Positions 42,897 to 58,398 of a stretch of DNA of 64,000 nucleotides are shown in pieces. The position numbers were made by a program, and so were the translations under genes. The notes under the pieces are model-generated. The model saw nothing but the letters and a program-made list of their open reading frames with translations, was not told where the DNA came from and made no database searches. The DNA lies in the NCBI RefSeq assembly GCF_009914755.1, contig NC_060933.1. One strand, written 5' to 3'. Position 1 is the stretch's first letter, and each line of letters starts with the position of its first letter. Origin of the DNA: the human T2T-CHM13v2.0 reference genome, Homo sapiens.

Positions 42897-45800
42897 CCAT
42901 ATTTCATTTTTACATTCAGTATAATACACCTTGTCATGGCAGTTCTACCATTCCAAGTCCCATGCATTTTTCCTCCTTAATAACATTCTTTGAGTGCTTT
43001 TAATATGCCAAACACTGTCCTAAGCATTCTATATACATTATCTCATTTGATCCCAAAATGGCCTTGTGAGAGAAGTGCTGGTACCATAGTACCATTTTCC
43101 TCCCCATTTGATAGAGGAGGAAGCAGGTGCATGGAGATATTAAGCAGTCAGCCTTATCTGCACAGCGAGTAAGCAGCAGCACTGGGGTGAAAGCAGAGGC
43201 GCATCTGACCCCAGAGCCCAGCTCCTAACTGCTCCTCTCCACATCACCTCCCCCAGTGGGATTCCCATTACATTTGCATTCCTCCTGTTGATCCAGCCCA
43301 CCCTTGTGCTTACTATGTTGGAAGCCACAGCAGTCACCTCCTGCTACATGTTGAGTTTACAGAAAATTAAATATACTAAATATTTTTCATAGGCAAACAG
43401 TTAATTTTTTAAAAACTCTTTCTCTCTATTAGATATTTTCTTCTTATTCATTGGACCCTCAGTTCAGCCTGCGGTTGCTGTTCTTGACTGTGGATGCTGT
43501 CAGTCAACCAGGTAGACTCCCAACTATAGCTCATAGGCAAATCTGTTAAGCCAGTAAATCACCATTCCTTAGGCACAGACCTAAGGATCTCCATCCAGGT
43601 TATAGCAAATAATTAATCAACACCCTTGGGGCTCTGTTTTTTAGCCTTGTATAAAGCCGTGAAACAACTACCATATGCTCACCGTTGCATGCTCTCCACC
43701 ACATCCATTCTACTAGCTGCCTTGCAGAAGTCAAGATGCCCCACTGAATTTCTGGAATTGGCCCTCAGGATCCCATTCTAACTCTTGTAGTTCATCATTT
43801 TCTCTTTTAAGTGCTCACAAACTGTTCAATAACGTCATCACAAATTTTGCCCCGCCCCCCATCTCTTATCTTTGCAAATCGGAATAGCTGTCTACCTCCT
43901 TCAGCTTCTTTCTCATTGTCTGTGTGAATTGATCCTCCCCGCAGAGATCTGTGATCACATATCACAGGTGGAAGCTTTCAGAGCTATAGCCTGTCCCTCA
44001 CCTGGACTTGGAATGGGAACTCCTTTAAAGGGTGAAGGAGCCCTGTCTACCAGTACCAAGCAGCAGTTCCCACATAGCAGGGCTTATTCTACCATGAGTA
44101 GCTTGAAAATCATTCTCCTTGGCAGGAAAGTTGAATCAAAATGGGAGTTGAGTCATTCTGTTCTTTCTGCCACCTCTTGGCACCTGGTCTTCCTTATGCT
44201 CCCAACTTCACCTCCAAAGCCCTTTTTGTTGTCCTGGGCCTTCTCCACTAGCCCATCCTGAAGTTTTGCCTTCTTGGCAGTCATTTTACAGCCTCCCAGC
44301 TCTCTTTATGTAGCGTGGGTTTTTCCTTTCTCCAGCATCCCGTTCAACTATTGTCTGTGTTCTCTGAAAACCACCCTTAGCAGAAACTGCCTGTGCAGTC
44401 ACATGGGTGTCTTGGCTCTCCGTTTTTCTCTGTCTCTTTTGAGAATGTGTCTAGATCATCGCTTGCTGTGTTGAATGGGACAATATAGCACTCAGACCAT
44501 TGCATTGATTGGTTTCTTATTTTTTCTCCATGTGGTGTTTTGCTTCTCAGAGGAATTTCTGATACATGGGCAATCAAGACCTGAGGACATTTTGGTTTTG
44601 TGTTGATACTCATTGCTTTTCTGAGTTTCATCTTTCATTTTCCCACCCTGATTATTAAAATGTGTGGAGTTTGTTTGCATTTTCCACAGTTCTGCTAACT
44701 ACAGAGTTTCTCCTTATCACCTTCTTTAGCAGCCGACCCGGGACGCTGAGACTTCTTATGGGTACCCACCACTGGGTCCTTTCACTCTCAGGAGGACAGA
44801 ATAAACCTTGTTTATTTTCCCGTGGCTCCTCAGAGGGATCCTCCTTCTGTCTTAAATCATCTTAGCAATTGCCTTTTTCAACACCAGAGGAATATCTTTC
44901 TGTGTCTGCTGCAGGCTGATGGTCCCAGTGGGGAAGCCCTTCCTGCTGGGTAGCTGTTAAATCCATTTTGAAAAGCATACAGACAGTCACACCTGCCAAA
45001 TACCAGCGGTGTTGATACAATACAAATTTATTAGTTAAAGGTTTATTCACAACCTTTTGGTAGCACTGCAAATGCTAGTCAGTGGCAAATGTTCATTATT
45101 CACAGTTTATAGATAGGAAAATTGTCACCGAAAACAAACAGTGGATAGAGAATTCCTGTGCTTTCATCATTCTGCCTTCATTTTTTACCCAGAGGTGTCT
45201 TCGTGGAGCGGTGTAGACCAAGGGGATGAGTGTGTAAGGAAGATGCCCAGACCTAGCTTAGTAGGACTTTATGTGGCTCTTGAAATTTGTTGTTTCTTTT
45301 ATTTATTTTCTGATGATGATGAGTCAAGGAGCAAGCTTAAAGACCAGCCCTTAAAGGGTTTGCATTCAAAATCAGCAGTCTCACCAAGGGAGAGTATAGG
45401 CTACATTTGTGTGTGGTGTCATTAAAACCTTTTCATTTTGGAATAGGTTTAGACTCCCAAGAAATTACTGTAGTAGTAGAGTGAGTTCCTGTGTCCCCTC
45501 CCCCAGCTTTCCCCCATGACAGCATCTCACATGCGTAACTATGGTGCCATGTCTTCTTAATGTCTTTGCCTGTCAGAGGAAGGTTTAGTTGATGCTACTG
45601 GAGGCTCAGTCAGAACATAGTCGGAACACAGAACGCAGATAATAGCCACATTTACATTGAGCTACTGAATGCCAGGAGGAGCTCTGGCTGAGTGCTCTGG
45701 TGCCACTCAGCTCTGGGAGCTGCCCCAGTGACTCTTACTGTCACCTTTTCACAGATGAGGGAGCCGGACTGCATGGGGCTTATGTTCAAGATCACATGGC

Positions 45801-46954
45801 AGTGGAGAGACTTGGGTCCAAGCCCTCACCCAGTGGTCATGCTCCTTCCCCTGCAGGTCTCACCTGTGCATCTGGGGCTCAGATGGGCACTGTTGGCCAG
45901 TCTCTACACAAGGGTCAGATTTCACTTCCTCCATTGTTGCAGGGTGAGTGAGGTCCTGCTCTCAAAGCTGTCAAACCTGGTGGGGCAGCTGCGACTAACA
46001 GAAACACTGAGATGTTGAAATGATCATTAATTCCCTTCTGTCTCATTTCTGGGATGCTTAGTCCCTGGCTCAGGCGTGGCAGCAGCAGGTTTATAGTTGA
46101 AGAATCTCTTGTGGCTCTCATGCTGACTGCTGGGAGTGTGAGAGGAAGAGTGCTGCTGGAGGGCCCGCCTGGGTGGGGGCAGAGCAGCAGGTGGGTATTC
46201 AGACCCAGCTGACATGCCAGAGGACAGTTCAGAGGCATTTTCTCAAATCCCACCCTTGGGGTTATCCTGCAGGATTGGACCTTTCTTCAGGAGGCCCGAT
46301 TCGAAATCAAATCATTATGTATCAAATATCACTGCCACCTGCCCACTCTTTAAATATCCACATTGCCTCTGTGGTTGTGGTGGAAAAGGAAGGCGTGGGG
46401 AAGGGAAAGGGCACGTCAATCTCAGTTGTTGCATTTGGTGCCAAGTACAACAGAAACCAAGGGCATTTGAGCTCAGATGACCTTGGTAACTTGATCTCTC
46501 ACATTCCATGTATTCCAGCCAAAGAAATAAACACCAGAGTGTAATGTCTAAGAGATACTGAACACTTTTGCTTTTATGGAATGCTTCCACATGACCTGAG
46601 CCTCACTGCAGACTTTACAGGTGAGGAAGCTGAGCTTCAGGGAGGGTAAGCAATTCCTCTAAGGTTCTCCACTTAGTACTTGGCACAGCCAAGATGGGGA
46701 CCTGGATCTTGGGGGGGCCCCAGAGTGTAGCAAGGACTTTGGTGTTCTGTGGACCTGGGTTCTTAACCTCGACTCTGCCACTAACCAGTTTTGTGGTCTT
46801 CTCTAGGACTCACTTTCTTTAACTTTTAAATGGGCATAAACAGGATGTGGCCTCATCAGGATCTTATGAGGGAAGAGGGTGTGATGCATAATAAGAAGAG
46901 CTTGGCTGAGTACCTGGCACAGAGGATAACCAGGAAACGTTAGCTGTTAGTACT

Positions 46955-47447
46955 AGTCCAGTTAGAAACGAATCTGGCTACAATTATTGCAGCAATAAAG
47001 CAATGGTTGACTTAAACAAATGGTAGTTATCTTTCACACACAATACAAAGTCAGAAGGCAGGCATCCCCAGGCTGGCCAGGAGCAGCATGATGATAGTAA
47101 AGGCTGTTTGCCTTCCTTCAGTCCATTCTGCTCTCCACAGAATCCTGGTTTGCTGCCTCATGGTTGCAAGATGGCCATCACTGCTCCATCCACCAGGCTT
47201 GTGGGGAAGAGGTGCGGTAGCAGTCACATTTTCCCCCTTTATAAGGAAAGCAAAAGCTTTCCCAGAACCCCACCCAGCATGGAATCACAGCAGACATCTG
47301 CTTTTTTCATTTTGGCCTGGACTAAGTGCCACAGCTGCAAGAGACACTTAGAAAATGAGCATTAGCTTTTCAGATTCAGTCATACAAGTGGCAAGGAAGA
47401 AGGCAAATGAGAATGGGAGTAGACCGACCAGTTGGATTTGCCACAGC
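46955..47447 (-). mobile_element. Old MLT1 (K/L-like) LTR
   Basis: gacttaaacaaat...ctcatggttgcaagatggcc. Confidence 0.6.
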
Positions 47448-47624
47448 CCTTCCTGCCTCTCACACTGTCATTTTAAAAAAAATTTTGCATTGGTCCTCAG
47501 GTGCATAGGGCTTAGTTCATCCTAGTCGTGTGCCAGTGGCACATGAGTGGCAAAGCCCCTTTTCTAGACTGATGGCCTTTCCTGCTCGCAAGTGTATGCT
47601 GTTTCATGTACGTGCATCGCTTAA

Positions 47625-47960
47625 GTTTTTAAATGAAACATAACATAGATACATTAAAGTGCACAAGTCTTTGCTAGATGGCTCAAAGGATTTTTATGAT
47701 TTATCCCCATGAAAGTACATTCAGATCAATCTATAGAACAGTCCCAGCATCTCAGAAACCTTCCTGTTTCTCTGCTGTCTGTCAACACTCCCTCCCAAGG
47801 TGACCATTATTCTGATCTCTATCCCCATAGGTCAGTTTTGCCTGTTCTTGGATTTCATTGACATGGACTTGTACATGTGTGTGTGCACTTCGTGGACCTG
47901 ACTTCTTTGGCTGACCTGTGAGAGTCATCTGTGTTACTGTGTGTGGTTGTAGTTCATCTG
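47625..47960 (-). mobile_element. L1ME-like 3' end
   Basis: cataacatagatacattaaagtgcaca...gttttgcctgttcttg. Confidence 0.65.
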
Positions 47961-49395
47961 CTTTCTCCGGTACTTTGTCTCTCTACGCAGACCTGGTATT
48001 AGTAGCATTGTGAGAACCAGAGTAGCACAGAGATGGAAGTTTCCTGTTTCCATTCATAGAGTGTCATTTCCTCCTAGAAACCACCCCCTCTGATTTCTTG
48101 CAAAGCTTGCCTGTGCACTGCCCTCTCCAGCAGCAAGCTGCTATCAAAGGAATCTCTTGGGGACTTGTATATTGGCTTTGAATGCTGTCAGCAGGAAGAA
48201 TTTTCTTGAGCACTTCTTCATTTGGAGAGGATGGAAGAAGAGAGTTAGAGAGGGATGCTTTCGGGAAGGACATTTTTAGGCAAAGGAAAAAACAGCAACT
48301 GAAGGCGTCATTGGGAACTGGAACCTGGAAGCCAGCCTTCTGAGCAGAGATTTACATCATTCTTCTGTGTTCCTCCCCTTCGAGCAGTCTCAATTCAGGG
48401 CTCAAGGGCAAAAAAGACGCACGGCAACTCTGCCTGTCTTAGGGCTGGGCAACCTAGTTTGAGTTCAGACTGACTCTTGAGAAGTCTCCCTTCCCCCAGA
48501 CAGTGGGTGATGGGCTTTCCTTATCAAAGCTAGTGTGGCTTTCTTACAAAAACATTGCATGGCAGGACAAACCTGAGAGCAGTGAAAAAAGCTGATTCTT
48601 TTCAGGGGAGTCTTAAATGAAGATGAAATGGATTAGTTATTCTTACAAGTGTGGGCATGTAGGTAAGTCAGGGATCGAGTAGAAAAATGAAAAGTATGCA
48701 GTTAGCTCTGATGGTTTTCATCATCATCTTTCCTTTAGGTATCTGCTGATTCTGTGCCTTGTGTCTGCTGGGATAATGTCCCAGAGTATTCAGCTAAGAC
48801 TTAATCAGGGATCCTGTTTGCTAAAATGGAATATTTTATTAAGTTTATTAGGTAATTTCTGTATCCCTGGCCCTTGCTAGGGGCTTTGCAATGTATTATT
48901 TCAGTTATTCTCTGCAGGATCAGGGAAGGTGGGTAGGATTATTCCCATTTTACAAGTGAGTAAATGAAGGTTAGTAAGTAACAGGTAGTAAGAAGTAAGG
49001 CTGCTAGTCTAAACTAGGTCTCATATTCCAAAGGCTGCATACCTTCTGCACCACCACACTACCTTTTAAAATAACCCCTTGCTTTTCTGATGCACCAACC
49101 CTCTCGTGGTTCCTTGCCTTCCTTCACCTCAACACTCCTCAGTGTTGATCCAGTGAGTGGCCGGTTTTAGAACAGCCGAAAGCTGTAAATACCTCCTCAC
49201 TTATTTTGATTCAGCTGTTGAAGCTATACTGTAACACTGCACAAATCTTTACTAGATGGCCCAAAGGATCTGTTACATTTTATTTAAAATATTTAAAATT
49301 TTAAAGCCAAATAGCACAGTGGAAAAGATCTTCATGGAGAATAAGGAGTCGCTGGTTTCAGTCCTAATGTCACTACAAATCAAAACAAGGCATAA

Positions 49396-49692
49396 AGCTG
49401 GGCGTGGTGGCTCACACCTGTAATCCCAACGCTTTGGGAGGCTGAGGTGGACGGATGGCTTGAGCTCAGGAGTTCGAGACCAGCCTGGCCAACATGGCGA
49501 AACCCCATCTCTACAGAAAAAAACAAAAATTAGCTGGGTACGGTGGCAGGCTTCTGTAATCCCAGCTACTTGGGAGGCTGAAGCAGAAGGATCATTTGAG
49601 CTCAGGAGGCAGAGGTTGCAGTGAGCCAAGATCGCACCACTGCGCTCCAGCCTGGGTGATGGGAGTGAAACCCTGACTCGAAGGAAAAAAAA
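49396..49692 (+). mobile_element. Alu (AluJ/S)
   Basis: Dimeric Alu with a short A tail. Confidence 0.93.
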
Positions 49693-49714
49693 GACTTTGA
49701 GTGGACCGTGACTA

Positions 49715-49940
49715 TCCAGTCCAATCTTTTGGCTTCCCTGGGCCACATTGGAAGAAGAAGAATTGTCTTGGGCCATGTGTAAAATAAGCTAACACTAACG
49801 ACAGCTGATAAGCTAAGGAAAAAATCGCAAAAAAATCTCGTAATGTTTTAAGAAGTTTATGAATTTGTGTTGGGCTGCATTCAAAGTCATCTTGGGCCAC
49901 ATGTGGCCCATGGATGGGCTGTGGGTTGGACAAACTTACT
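49715..49940. mobile_element. MER30 (hAT-Charlie)
   Basis: gtccaatcttttggcttccctgggccacattggaagaagaagaattgtcttgggcc...gggttggacaa. Confidence 0.88.
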
Positions 49941-50531
49941 GTAGAACTAATGTCTGTGTGCCTCAGTTTACCTTGTGTGAAATGAGGAAGTTGAAGTATG
50001 TGATTCTTGATGTTCCCACCTGTTCTAAAAACATGAGCTTCTATGACCTTTTTTTGTAATTCTAATATGGGTGGAAAGTACAAATATTTATTAAAGGAGC
50101 CTTAATTACTAAGTGCAAATCCAGAGAAGTGGATAACATTGAGGCTTTCAAAATTTTTTGAAAGAGATATAAGTTCTTTACTTTTCCAAGTAAAGCTTCA
50201 TTTTCCATTGCATTTCCCAGTCTGTCATCAAAAAAGGGTATACGTTCTTAGATAATTTATAGTAGAGCTTAGAACCCTTGAGGGTCTGGCAGACTTTAAT
50301 TTTGGATAAATTGATGTAAAATATTTGCCAATAGCCAACTTCAGGTTCCCAACCCAAATATAAATCCCGTAGACGAGTATGTAATACAAACTGTTCTAAA
50401 TTATACCTGGTACTGTTGAATAGAATCAGGATGATATTGAGCAACTCTGAAAATAACAAATAAGATGCTATTATGACCTAATTACTTAAGAATGTGCTAT
50501 ACTTAAATAAATTGTTACTAAATCGTTTTAG

Positions 50532-50634
50532 ACCCAGTAAAGACAAAACTGGCCACACAAGTGACTCGGGAGCATCTGTTATCAAGCATGGACTTAATCC
50601 GGAGAAGATCTTCATGCAGGTGCATTATTTAAAG
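50532..50634 (+). CDS. AOPEP: AOPEP coding exon (103 nt, phase 2 in / phase 0 out) ending FMQVHYLK, with the M1 transition-state Tyr (TAT 50626-50628)
   Basis: Acceptor cgttttAG|A and donor AAG|GTaagc. VHYLK|GYFLL aligns with the M1-family 'PYEKG/SYSKG' motif. Confidence 0.95.
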
Positions 50635-51262
50635 GTAAGCACATGTCAGTTGCAGAAGCCAGTGATTGTGGTGCAGCACTTTTTAGGCCACACAATTAAA
50701 CAATGATGATTAGTAACAAGACTGAGGTGAAAATACTGTAATGATATCTGACTGGCCAGATATCTGAGCGTTCAGTAATTAAAGCACTTCATGCCCAAAA
50801 AAGGAGACCAAGTTAGGAAAGACTGAATGAACAAAGGCTGAAATATTCCCTGCCCTGTACCTCTGTTCTCCCTGCCTGAGGAGCAGAACTCTCACTTTGC
50901 TGTCAGGTTCCAACTGAAAGACATGGGTGAGAAGGAAGTGTTTTCTGTCGTGAAGGCCTTTCCTGGTAGGGGGAGTAGAGAAGAACTGGGTCTCTCTTCT
51001 CTTTTCATCTGCGATGGACAACCAGCCTTCATGTGAACCAAGTCCAAACAAAAATGATGACAACATTAACAAAGGAGTTGAGAACTAATTAATTTCCAGG
51101 CCACGCCTTCCTGGTGAAAATGGAAAGGGCAGCCAGGGACAGGTAGGACGGCACATTCTAGATGCACAAGTGCACTATGGGTTAGGTAGGGCTGACTATA
51201 TAACCATTTTTTTATGAACTCATGGTAGGCCTCTTTTTCTCTCTCTTTTTTCTTTCTTCTAG

Positions 51263-51370
51263 GGCTACTTCCTTCTTCGGTTTCTTGCCAAAAGACTTGG
51301 AGATGAAACCTATTTTTCATTTTTAAGAAAATTTGTGCACACATTTCATGGACAGCTGATTCTTTCCCAG
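51263..51370 (+). CDS. AOPEP: AOPEP coding exon (108 nt, phase 0/0): GYFLLRFLAKRLGDETYFSFLRKFVHTFHGQLILSQ
   Basis: Long pyrimidine tract then ttctAG|GGC; donor CAG|GTaact. M1-like 'LGxxxFxxFLRxYV' helix. Not in the ORF track because it has no start codon. Confidence 0.95.
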
Positions 51371-52398
51371 GTAACTTATGGGTCCTCATGAGTCCATGAT
51401 GTATGACTGGAGGGGGTATGGCACATGAAGATTAGATTATGCCAGTATTAAAGAGTAGGGAAAAGGTTTCCCATTTAATGCAGTGGGAAAAATAGGAAGT
51501 TAATGAAATGGACACAAAGAAAGGGTTGCTTCAGGGAAGGTGATCTCTCTGTAGTTTTGAAATAAACTATAACCCAAAGCTGTCTCGTACACAGTGATAG
51601 TTAAAGACAAAAATAAAACAATCCTGCCGTTCTCTTTACCTGGACTTATCTTTGGAAGACTGCCTCCTTCTTACCTTCTAGTTTTCAGTTTGAACGCCAC
51701 AGGCTCCAAGTCACCCGGCTAAACAGATCTGCATCCAGGCTCACGTGTCCCACCCCTTTGCCCTTTCCATTGCCTTCATTGTCATTGCCATTGTCTGTAA
51801 TTATGTTTTCATCATGGGGCTATTTGTTTCTTTTCGCTGTCCTCCACTCTACGTATATGCCCAACAAGGCCAGACCATTCTATTTCACCAGTACTTAGCA
51901 CATGATTGGCACACAGTAGGTACTCCATAAATATTTGATCAATAGATTAATAACCAGATACACTGAAATATGCAGACAGCCTGGCCACAAAACTATCAGA
52001 GAGAGACCCTGTCAGCTCGTATGGGCATGGGGCCAAGCAGCACATAGCAAGGAAGTTAACAAGGAGTGGCAGGCTCTGAAAAATGACACTCATAACTAAT
52101 AGAAAATAGGTGATGCATCCTTAGCATAGATTGGACTAATGGACCTTTTTCATATTTGATAATTGTGCTCATATACAGCTGTGAGTCTCATTATCTCCAG
52201 TGTTAGATGTAAAGGATGTGCACGTATAATTTGAACACAGATGGAAGAATCACATGAGCGTAACAAGACCGGATGGCTGTTCCTCTATGTTCTTTTTATT
52301 TTTGTACTGGGTGTGGGGAAAATCCTCCCTAAGCATATATTTGGAAAAGCAATTCGAAAACTGGTTCAGAAGTCTTACATGCTTGGTTGACTGATTAG

Positions 52399-52862
<464 letters not shown>

Positions 52863-52894
52863 CGTTTATCTCTTTTGAAAAGCTTCATTGTTTC

Positions 52895-54950
<2,056 letters not shown>

Positions 54951-55484
54951 TATTGCTTTTCCACCTGGCATATACTCATTATAAAAAATTATAAGCAATG
55001 CAGAAAAATACAAAGAATGTGAAACATTACTCAAAATCCCACCACCCAGAAATACCTATAATTAATATTGTGTGAGTGACACTCCAGAAATCATACTATT
55101 TATCCCTCAATGTTTATATGTTATACATGATATATATACATGTATCTGTGTATGTATGTATATATGGCATATGTGTGTATACAGACATTGATGTCACTGG
55201 ACAGAAATAATTTTATAAAAATAGGATTATATTATATGTGCATTTTAATGAAGTGTTTTAAATTTTCTTTTACTTGAATTTAATGAATGAAAAAGCAACT
55301 AAAGTGGAGATAACTTCCCAAACTTAAGATAAATGTAAGAAAGATTATTTTCTAAAAGAATTTTTTATGGTTAAGAAACATTATTATAAAAGAATTAAGA
55401 GGTTGAAATTATTTTTTCCCTTTACCTATATATTCCATTTGTAGAAAACATCAGTTTATTCACTACTGTAAAAGATGAGGAATT

Positions 55485-55798
<314 letters not shown>

Positions 55799-56085
55799 TT
55801 ATGTACTTTAACTACTTTCCCCTTAATTCTAAATTTTTCTTAATTATTATTTTTATATATTAAGATTTATTTCATTTACAAAATTGACTATAACCATAAT
55901 TTTCACAGTTGTGTAATCTTGGCTTGTTAAAGGATTTCAGTATTTACCACCAGTTATTTTACCTTTTTTCATGAATATTTTATTTTGATTCAGCTCTTTG
56001 CTGGCTGAATTTCATTATCAAATTTGTGTTCGTTGCAGACTCACAGGCTCTATTTCTGAGTTCTTACTGCGTAAGAATGCTTGTG

Positions 56086-56383
56086 GGCCGGGTGCGGTGG
56101 CTCACGCCTGTAATCCCAGCACTTGGGGAGGCCAAAGTGGGCAGATCACGAGGTCAGGAGATCGAGACCATCTTGGCTAACACGGTGAAACCCCGTCTCT
56201 ACTAAAAATACAAAAAATTAGCCGGGCGCGGTGGGGGGCGCCTGTAGTCCCAGCTACTCGGGAGGCTGAGGCAGGAGAATGGCGTGAACCCGGGAGGCGG
56301 AGCTTGCAGTGAGCCGAGATTGCGCGCCACTGCACTCCGGCCTGGGCGACAGAGCGAGAATCTGTCTCAAAAAAAAAAAAAAA
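56086..56383 (+). mobile_element. AluY element
   Basis: gagatcgagaccatc, gaatggcgtgaacccgggaggcggagcttg; CpG-rich; TSD aagaatgcttg. Confidence 0.95.
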
Positions 56384-58085
56384 AGAATGCTTGCCTGTTT
56401 TCTTTATATTTGAATTATAAACTGACTGGATATAATATTCTTGGGTCACATTTTCATGCCCTCAAAACTTTTTAGACATGGCTCAGCTGCTTTCTGGCAT
56501 TAAATCCTGCTGTGGAAACTTCTGCAGTCATCCTGCTTTTCCCCCTTTCTGCCTCTTAGATGACAGAAGAATTCTTTCCTTATCTTTGAAGTTTAGTAAT
56601 TTTATCAGGAAATGGCTTGGTGTCTATGGTTTTCTATCTTTTTTCCCCCTGGAAAAATAGTGTGCATTTTTATTTTTAGTCCTAGATTCTATTCTTTCCT
56701 CTTTCAATAAGTATGTCTTCATTGTATTTTTGAATTCGTTTTTCCCCCTTGCAGGGTTCTGGATTTCAAGGTTACCAGTTTTCCTTGTGTTATGTCATCC
56801 TTGTCCTCTATACCTGTTATTTTCCAATTGCGTTTATCTTTTTCTTCTTCATGACCTGTATTAATCCGAAGCAACCCCTTTATTGTTAGTGTTATTTTCC
56901 TTAATGTCTGTTCTTTTCCTTGACGTTTCTATTAGTGCTCTTGTACTGGTCCTTAATTTATTACCTTTGCCATGAAATCTCTATGTTCTTTTCATTTTGT
57001 TGTTTTGTCAACTTATCTTTGAGCTTTCATTTTACCAAATTTATGTTTTTATTTTTTCTGTAGCTGTTAATTTATTTTATAGTGTAAAGTATTCATGGAG
57101 AATTTTCTTCTATTCCTTGGATTATGTTTTCTTCAAGGCGGGATTCCTTATCTTTTATGTGTTATGCTGCTTTCTTTCTATGTGAGTTGTTGTTGTGTTA
57201 GTTTGCATGGTTGCCATACGTTTCTTTTTGCTCATTCTCAGCTTGGGTAGCACTCTCCTGACCTTTCGTTTATTCTCATATGTATTGGAACATTATCTTT
57301 GATTCCTTTTCCAACTTGTGCTATGCCTGTTTTTCTCTCCCTCTGAGCTACAGTTTGAAACTTGGATGTTATGTGTACAGGGGAGGAGGAGAGAAGCTCC
57401 ACTGGAGTTGTATACAGCCTTTGTTGGGAAAATGTGGCTGTGCTGCTCTTGAAAACTTGTTAAATGTCCCCTGCCAAGATTCTTGTGACCTAATATGGGT
57501 GCAGCTTTTTCCCACTGTGTTAATATTAATTAATTCCCTCTCAATTAATATTGTTCCTCCAATTTAGGTGACAGCCCTAGAACATGAGCAGTTCACCGAA
57601 GAGAGTCATCCTCAGTTGTTTATTTCCCACGTTTTACTCATCTCTTGCCAGCAAACACTTCCAGCCCCTCCACAGGCAAAAAAGAAGACAGACAAAGATA
57701 TTCCTATTTTTTCCCAAATGTGTGGATATTTGTGAGAATTTGCCGGGTTTGTGCAGTTCACCAGTACTGCTACTGCTAAGCATGAGGCTGGGGGTCGGTG
57801 CAGAGGGAGAGTTAGAAGCTGTGTTTGAATCTTAGATTTCTTCCTTAGTTGCATCTTCTTGAAGTTTATGCCATGAGGCTGTCCTTGTTTGAATGCTGCT
57901 GGTTACATTTTTAATTACTTTAATGGTTTGTGTTTTTGTGTAAATTGCTAGTTAGTTATTGATGATGAAGGTCTATGATCCAGTTTCTTTACTCAGAAGT
58001 CCCTAAAGTTCTTCCTTTTCCAGTTTACATCTTAATCCTTTCCCTTCCAAATGCCCTCCCTGTCCAGCATTTCAATATTATCATC

Positions 58086-58398
58086 TTTTTTTTTTTTTTT
58101 TTTTTGAGACGAAGTCTCACTCTGTCACCCAGGCTGGAGTGCAGTGGCGTGATCTCGGCTCACTGCAAGCTCTGCCTTGTGGGTTCACGCCATTCTCCCG
58201 CCATTCTCCTGCCTCAGCCTCCCGAGTAGCTGGGACTACAGGCACCCGCCACCACGCCTGGCTAAATTTTTGTATTTTTTAGTAGAAATGGGGTTTCACC
58301 GTGTTAACCAGGATGGTCTCGACCTCCTGACCTCATGATCCGCCCACCTCAGCCTCCCAAAGTGCTGGGATTACAGGCGTGAGCCACCGCATCCAGCC
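58086..58398 (-). mobile_element. AluY-like element with an 11-bp internal duplication
   Basis: TSD aatattatcatcttt; cgccattctcc occurs twice. Confidence 0.93.
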
